Positions 59,619 to 64,000 of a stretch of 64,000 nt of DNA are shown piece by piece. The notes below the pieces were generated by a model. The model did no database searches, was not told the DNA's origin, and saw only the letters and a program-made list of their open reading frames with translations. Each line of letters begins with the position of its first letter. Positions within the stretch are counted from its first letter, which is position 1. The DNA lies in the NCBI GenBank assembly GCA_963834385.1, contig CAWIBO010000003.1, positions 451,313-515,312 on the forward strand, given 5' to 3'. Position numbers and translations under genes: made by a program. Source of the stretch: an uncultured Verrucomicrobiae bacterium. GTDB taxonomy: Bacteria > Verrucomicrobiota > Verrucomicrobiia > Chthoniobacterales > UBA10450.

Positions 59619-60416
59619 GTGGTGGTTTACGAGATTCACGGAGGCGGCTATTGCGGGACGCTGGCGCCAGAGGAAGTGGCGGAGCGTTTCTACGCTGGGC
59701 AGATTGCTACCAGTGACCGTTGTCGTCTTAAGGGTTCGCCCGGCTGGCGCACGGTCGATGAATGCTTCCCTTTGTTAAAATGGCACGCGCCCTATTCCGT
59801 CGTTGTGCCCCCAAGATCACCTTCGGCGCTAGGTCCGGGTGGCGTCGTGTTGGTCGCGGTTGTCGGCCTGGCAATCTCGCTCGCGGCCATAGGGCTTATC
59901 AGCCGTGCGATGTCTTCGCGCGACCTGCCGGGAGCGCCCGGAACGAAAGGAGCGATTGCATCATCAAGTCTGCCGCGGATCGAGGCGTCTTCCTTCCCGC
60001 AGCCGACAGTGACTCCCGGGCGCCCAGTCGGCTCGCGCAAGCAGCAAAATCAAACGCACCACCCCGTGTTATCGCCTCAAGTCGGATCGGCCCGGAGGCC
60101 GCAACTGGGCATGTCAACATCCGTTCAGACGCCAGCGCCGCCGATCGTGGCCTTCCGGGATGTGATTGTCCCGTGGAACCTCCACACCGTCGTCCACGGC
60201 GTGGGGGGGCAGAGTCTGGCTTTGCGGATCCGTGATACGAACATCACCACCATTGACGTTTGGATCGGCGGGGTTAGGCGCAGCTATACAAAGCAGAAAG
60301 GGATAACAGGAAGCGGGACGGACGAAACGCTGGTCTACACCAACGGGAAGACGCGCCTCTATTACGTCTGGGAGATTAGCGGAAAGTTGAACCACTGCAT
60401 CCTTCGTATCCGATGA
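59619..60416 (+). CDS. GYF_2/DUF4339-like membrane protein
   Basis: GTLAPEEVAERFYAGQI...GSPGWRTV N-domain, single TM, Pro/Ser linker, beta-rich C-domain; start uncertain. Confidence 0.55.
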   Translation: MVVYEIHGGGYCGTLAPEEVAERFYAGQIATSDRCRLKGSPGWRTVDECFPLLKWHAPYSVVVPPRSPSALGPGGVVLVAVVGLAISLAAIGLISRAMSSRDLPGAPGTKGAIASSSLPRIEASSFPQPTVTPGRPVGSRKQQNQTHHPVLSPQVGSARRPQLGMSTSVQTPAPPIVAFRDVIVPWNLHTVVHGVGGQSLALRIRDTNITTIDVWIGGVRRSYTKQKGITGSGTDETLVYTNGKTRLYYVWEISGKLNHCILRIR

Positions 60417-60868
60417 CATCTCGAATGCTTTAAGCATACGACACCGGAACGGACTCTTCCTGGGACGGCGGGGCTTCAAAGGTTGCCGCGCGATGGATTA
60501 GTTGAATGCTTTAAGCATACGACGTCGCAACGGCGACTCTCAGGGGATGGGGGGCCTTCAAAGGTGTGACGCTAGGATTTAATCGAATGCTTTAAGCATA
60601 CGATACCGGAACGGCTTTCATCCTGGAGTGGGAGGCAACAGAGTCTGTGAGACTGGGCTCGATGATTTGTTATCGAATGCTTTAAGCATACGACCCCGGA
60701 ACGGAAGTCTGGTATCTGGTGTTAGGCGGTCCAGACGGCCGACTTATCCCATCGCCTGGGGGAAGGGATTCTTGCGGAGGGACCTGCTTCCGCAGGTCCG
60801 CGGGCGAGCGGAAGAGATCTTCCCTGCATGGCTGGACATCGGCGTTGGGATCAGGCAAAAGATGAGCC

Positions 60869-61114
60869 GTGCGAAAGCATCTGTTTGGCTTTGCCATCGG
60901 AGTAACCGCGTTGCTCTGCAGCGCAACCCCGACAAAGGCGCGTTTGGGTGAAACAGCGTTGCAATGTGCCGATCGCTACGGAGCGCCAAAGGACGATGTG
61001 GTCTCGAAGACGAGGGACAAGACCTCCCCGCTGCTCGCGGGCGCGATCCATCATCTTTACGAGTATCAAGGCTGGCGGATTCGCGCGGCTTTTCTGACGG
61101 TCGACGGCCCGGCG
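60869..61114 (+). pseudogene. 5' fragment (82 codons) of the secreted protein encoded intact at 62277
   Basis: Near-identical to 62277-62522 up to ...LTVDGPA, then similarity stops and the doc 3' end follows. Confidence 0.8.
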
Positions 61115-61156
61115 CGGAGTAAGTCGCCGCTCTCCGGCGTCACCCGTGAGATGCCG

Positions 61157-61552
61157 CTAAGGCCGGCGGGCTTTGGCGCTGTTTGTTCTTAGCCACGCCG
61201 CGTATTTGCGTTCCGTCAGTCCGCTGGCGGCAAGGGCCAGCGTTTGCACCGCCGCATCTGCCTCGGCCGCCTGAAACTTGTAGCCATTCAATTCCAGGAA
61301 CAACACCGCGGTGACAAACGCTGTCCGTTTATTCCCGTCAATAAATGGATGATTCTTGGCCAGGCCGAAAGCATAGCTGGCCGCGAGGTCGAAAAGGGTA
61401 GGGGTGCCATGAGCGAAGAGTTGTCGGGGGCGAGCCAGCGCCGAATCCAAAAGGCCCTCCTCTCGCAGCCCATTCGACCCGCCAAACTGCGCCAGCGATT
61501 GTTCCTGGAGAGCGAGAACGGTCTCGCGCAGAACCCACTCCGGTTCGGTCAC
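61157..61552 (-). CDS. doc: Doc-family (Fic domain) toxin
   Basis: GLREEGLLDSALARP, HPFIDGNKRTA. Confidence 0.92.
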   Translation of the reverse strand: MTEPEWVLRETVLALQEQSLAQFGGSNGLREEGLLDSALARPRQLFAHGTPTLFDLAASYAFGLAKNHPFIDGNKRTAFVTAVLFLELNGYKFQAAEADAAVQTLALAASGLTERKYAAWLRTNSAKARRP

Positions 61553-61779
61553 TTGGCCAACTCGCGCAAGGTGTGCCGGTAGCGCTGCATGATATCCTGG
61601 GCCGCTTCCAACTGACGCAGCACTTCCGGGTTATCGGAGCTCAAGCGGAGAGTGCCATCACCGGAGGGTGTAACTAAAACCGTGTCACCTTCGCCGGCCT
61701 TAAGATGAGAGAGCGCTTCCTTGGGAAGAACGAGCCCGACCGAGTTCCCAATCTTGCGCAACTGCAATTTGAGAGTCAT
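61549..61779 (-). CDS. AbrB/MazE-type antitoxin
   Basis: LRKIGNSVGLVLPKE...IMQRYRHTLRELAK; GTGA overlap with doc. Confidence 0.9.
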   Translation of the reverse strand: MTLKLQLRKIGNSVGLVLPKEALSHLKAGEGDTVLVTPSGDGTLRLSSDNPEVLRQLEAAQDIMQRYRHTLRELAK

Positions 61780-61786
61780 GCCGCAC

Positions 61787-61808
61787 TGTAACAACAAATG
61801 TTATAACA
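61787..61808 (-). promoter_or_regulatory. Putative TA autoregulatory operator over the -10 region
   Basis: Perfect palindrome TGTTATAACA (61799-61808) plus an adjacent imperfect copy; TACAGT -10 lies 5 nt before the ATG. Confidence 0.6.
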
Positions 61809-62276
61809 GCAAGGACGTTTGTCGGCGCAGATATTTAGACGGGGGGGCAATTTCAAAATGCGCCACGCCTGCGGCGTGCACCTGTACGAACCAGAACCAT
61901 ACATGGTTCCGAAGTTATGAAATGTTTAATAATATAGACGCGACGCCGAAGGGTCTCCCGGTGTCGCGAGGCGAGAGCCGATGAGCGGTTATCGAATGCT
62001 TTAAGCATACGATGTCGGAACGGACTTCATCGTAGGACGGGCGCCAACAGTTGTCGTGAGACTGGGCCCGAGGATCTGTTATCGAATGCTTTAAGCATAC
62101 GACCCCGGAACGGCAGTCTGGTATCCGGTGTTAGGCGGTCCTTACGGCCGACTTATCCCATCGCCCGGGGGAAGGGATTCTTGCGGAGGGACCTGCTTCC
62201 GCAGGTCCGCGGGCGAGGGAAGAGATCTTCCCTGCATGGCTGGACATCGGCACTGGGATCAGGCAAAAGATCAACC

Positions 62277-62855
62277 GTGCGAAAGCATCTGTTTGGCTTT
62301 GTCATTGGAGTAACCGCGTTGCTCTGCAGCGCAACCCCGACGAAGGCGCGTTTGGGTGAAACAGCGTTGCAATGCGCCGATCGCTACGGAGCGCCAAAGG
62401 ACGATGTGGTTTCGAAGACGAGGGACAAAACTTCCCCGCTGCTCGCGGGCGCGATCCATCATGTTTACGAGTATCAAGGCTGGAGGATTCGGGCAGCTTT
62501 TCTGACGGTCGACGGCCCGGCGGTGCGGATGGAGTTCTCAAAAATCTTTGGGCCCGGCGTGCAGCATCGAATCCAGGATTATGAGCTCCAAGCGATCATG
62601 CAGGCGAACGCGAGCCTCTACACTTGGAAACCGGCCGCGTATCGCAATCCAAATTCATCGGTGAACCCCCTTAGCCAGGCCATCGGCGGTGCCTTGATGG
62701 GCCAAAAGATGTGGCAAAGAACAGACGGCGCCCTCCTCTCGCATAGTGGCATTGGCAACACGGTCAGACTCGAACTGCCCGCCGCCCGCGCCTATGAAGC
62801 GAAGCTAAAGGAAGAACAGGAGCGAAAAACGCGAGCAGCAGTGCCCCGCTTCTAA
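62277..62855 (+). CDS. Hypothetical secreted protein (intact copy)
   Basis: GTG start, signal peptide, ARLGETALQCADRYGAP motif, 192 aa. Confidence 0.7.
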   Translation: MRKHLFGFVIGVTALLCSATPTKARLGETALQCADRYGAPKDDVVSKTRDKTSPLLAGAIHHVYEYQGWRIRAAFLTVDGPAVRMEFSKIFGPGVQHRIQDYELQAIMQANASLYTWKPAAYRNPNSSVNPLSQAIGGALMGQKMWQRTDGALLSHSGIGNTVRLELPAARAYEAKLKEEQERKTRAAVPRF

Positions 62856-63190
62856 CGCGCTATTAGCTGCTGAACAGTTGTATCGTCGAATGCTTTAAGC
62901 ATACGATACCGAAACGGACTTCATCCTGGAACGAGATGCACAGTTGTCATGAGACTGGGTCCGAGGATTGGTTATCGAATGCTTTAAGCATACGATCTCG
63001 CAAACGCGCCTGGGCGTTAAGCGTACGGAGTGGGCTGAGATCTAAATTAGAGTATCGACGTGAGGAGGCCTGCAGCGGATCAGCCAGATGGCGGGCCGAA
63101 CGGTGTCGAGGGATCTCCCTCAGCTGCCTCTAATCCAATATAGAAATGTAGATCAATAACACAGACGCGAACCGACATGTCCTCAACTGT

Positions 63191-63994
63191 TTAAACGCGA
63201 TCCTCCGACGCTCCCCCGAGAAGATTGGACTGCGGCTCTACCGAGACGGTCAATGCTTTAACCCCAGTAACGAGCATCAGATTACTCGCGGCAGACAACA
63301 GCCGCGTGGTGGTATCCGCTTCCAGCTTCAACAACATCAGATCACGGAAATCCTGCAGGACCTGCAGGCGCCGTTCCGTTGGTTTGCCACGGACGGCCTC
63401 GTTAAGATGCTTGAACACCTTTGCGGCATGGGGCCACGCGCTGCCCATCACCCCGCCTTTTGCCACTCCGACGCCCGCGTTAATCGCAATCCGCGTCGCA
63501 ACAGCGATTCCGCCAAAGGTGGGCAAAGGAAGCAAAACTGAAAACAAAAGCACACTCTTCCCGATGTCTTCCCACGTTAAACCCTCGAGCTGACCTTTCT
63601 CAGCTAATTCGACGAGATCATTTAGCTGCTCCTCTGCGGACCTGTATTGCAGCCACTCCTCATCGCTAAGTTGAATTGGGTTTGATTGAATCTGACGATG
63701 ATCGAATTGCCGGTCGAATTCATCTCGCAAATGTCTTGTTCTGGACGGATCGACGCTTGCCTGTGCCTTGAACGCGTCCATAAGGAACTCTGATGAATGC
63801 GCGTTGAAGCGAGCCAAGTGACGCTGAAGGACCGTGCACGCGTACAAGGTCGTGCTGGAAACATCGGCTTTGGGATTGGCATAAAGTCCATTGAAAAGCC
63901 GCTCGGCTTCGCGCGAAAGGTAGTAACTGGCTCTCGCGTCCAATTCTGCTGCGGTTCGCATCTGCTCCACGAACAACTGCATGTAATCCGTCAT
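63191..63994 (-). CDS. Hypothetical protein with a hydrophobic Gly-rich segment (possibly 5'-truncated by the window end)
   Basis: 267-aa ORF in visibly lower-GC DNA; the frame stays open to the window edge. Confidence 0.55.
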   Translation of the reverse strand: MTDYMQLFVEQMRTAAELDARASYYLSREAERLFNGLYANPKADVSSTTLYACTVLQRHLARFNAHSSEFLMDAFKAQASVDPSRTRHLRDEFDRQFDHRQIQSNPIQLSDEEWLQYRSAEEQLNDLVELAEKGQLEGLTWEDIGKSVLLFSVLLPLPTFGGIAVATRIAINAGVGVAKGGVMGSAWPHAAKVFKHLNEAVRGKPTERRLQVLQDFRDLMLLKLEADTTTRLLSAASNLMLVTGVKALTVSVEPQSNLLGGASEDRV

Positions 63995-64000
63995 CCATTG

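Larger units (their letters stand above)
58123..62208 (+). repeat. Five copies of hairpin CGGAGGGACCTGCTTCCGCAGGTCC within the palindrome array
   Basis: At 58123, 58336, 59506, 60775 and 62184; three more copies at 53264, 53524 and 54644. Confidence 0.9.
58034..62995 (+). repeat. Dispersed array of 16 copies of the 21-bp near-palindrome TCGAATGCTTTAAGCATACGA
   Basis: Copies start at 58034, 58237, 58471, 58650, 58759, 58862, 59350, 59408, 60421, 60502, 60583, 60673, 61992, 62082, 62886 and 62975; 9 are exact. Confidence 0.93.

Noticed and set aside
60421..60693. CRISPR array interpretation of the regularly spaced palindromes
   Set aside because: Gaps of 60-69 bp here (37-213 bp across the array) are homologous to one another rather than unique, whole genes interrupt the array, and no cas gene is present in the window.
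61721..61984. 87-aa plus-strand ORF between the TA promoter and the palindrome
   Set aside because: It overlaps the antitoxin start and operator and has no recognisable motif; possibly a remnant but not supportable.
60721..63022. Integron attC sites suggested by GTTAGGC (60721, 62130), TTCTAAC (62850) and GTTAAGC (63016)
   Set aside because: I found no complementary R''/R' pairs enclosing an attC-type hairpin at a suitable distance, and no intI gene is in the window.
1..64000. tRNA, rRNA, transposase or integrase genes
   Set aside because: None recognised by eye; a covariance-model or HMM scan would be needed to exclude small RNAs.

Overview
High-GC bacterial chromosomal segment. The gene repertoire suggests Verrucomicrobiota, probably Chthoniobacterales-like (inference from the prepilin/H-X9-DG protein, tandem TolB-like TPR proteins and REP-type repeats). 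Bases 1-52 kb are mostly housekeeping and envelope genes: ymdB-like phosphoesterase, aroB, holA, uvrB, nnr, lysS, PBP1A, two amidases, a TonB receptor with AraC regulator, ppc, a UvrD/Rep helicase and a GT4/GH130 pair. At least five genes carry indels in short homopolymers, most likely assembly errors. From about 53.2 kb the intergenic DNA becomes repeat-rich, with mosaic REP/BIME-like units separating single genes (53.2-56.6 kb). The most striking feature lies at 58.0-63.0 kb: 16 copies of a 21-bp near-palindrome, TCGAATGCTTTAAGCATACGA (9 exact), most with a directional NNYCGSAACGG tail. Five of these copies are followed 89-102 bp later by a fixed GGACCTGC-TTCC-GCAGGTCC hairpin. The units occur both empty and in front of single cargo genes (a GYF_2-like membrane protein and a duplicated secreted protein, the first copy broken by an AbrB/Doc toxin-antitoxin pair). 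They surround a stand-alone winged-HTH gene whose upstream region holds the only perfectly symmetric copy. No cas gene, integrase or transposase is visible. This looks like an undescribed operator or cassette array rather than a CRISPR array or integron. All functional calls come from motif recognition without database searches.
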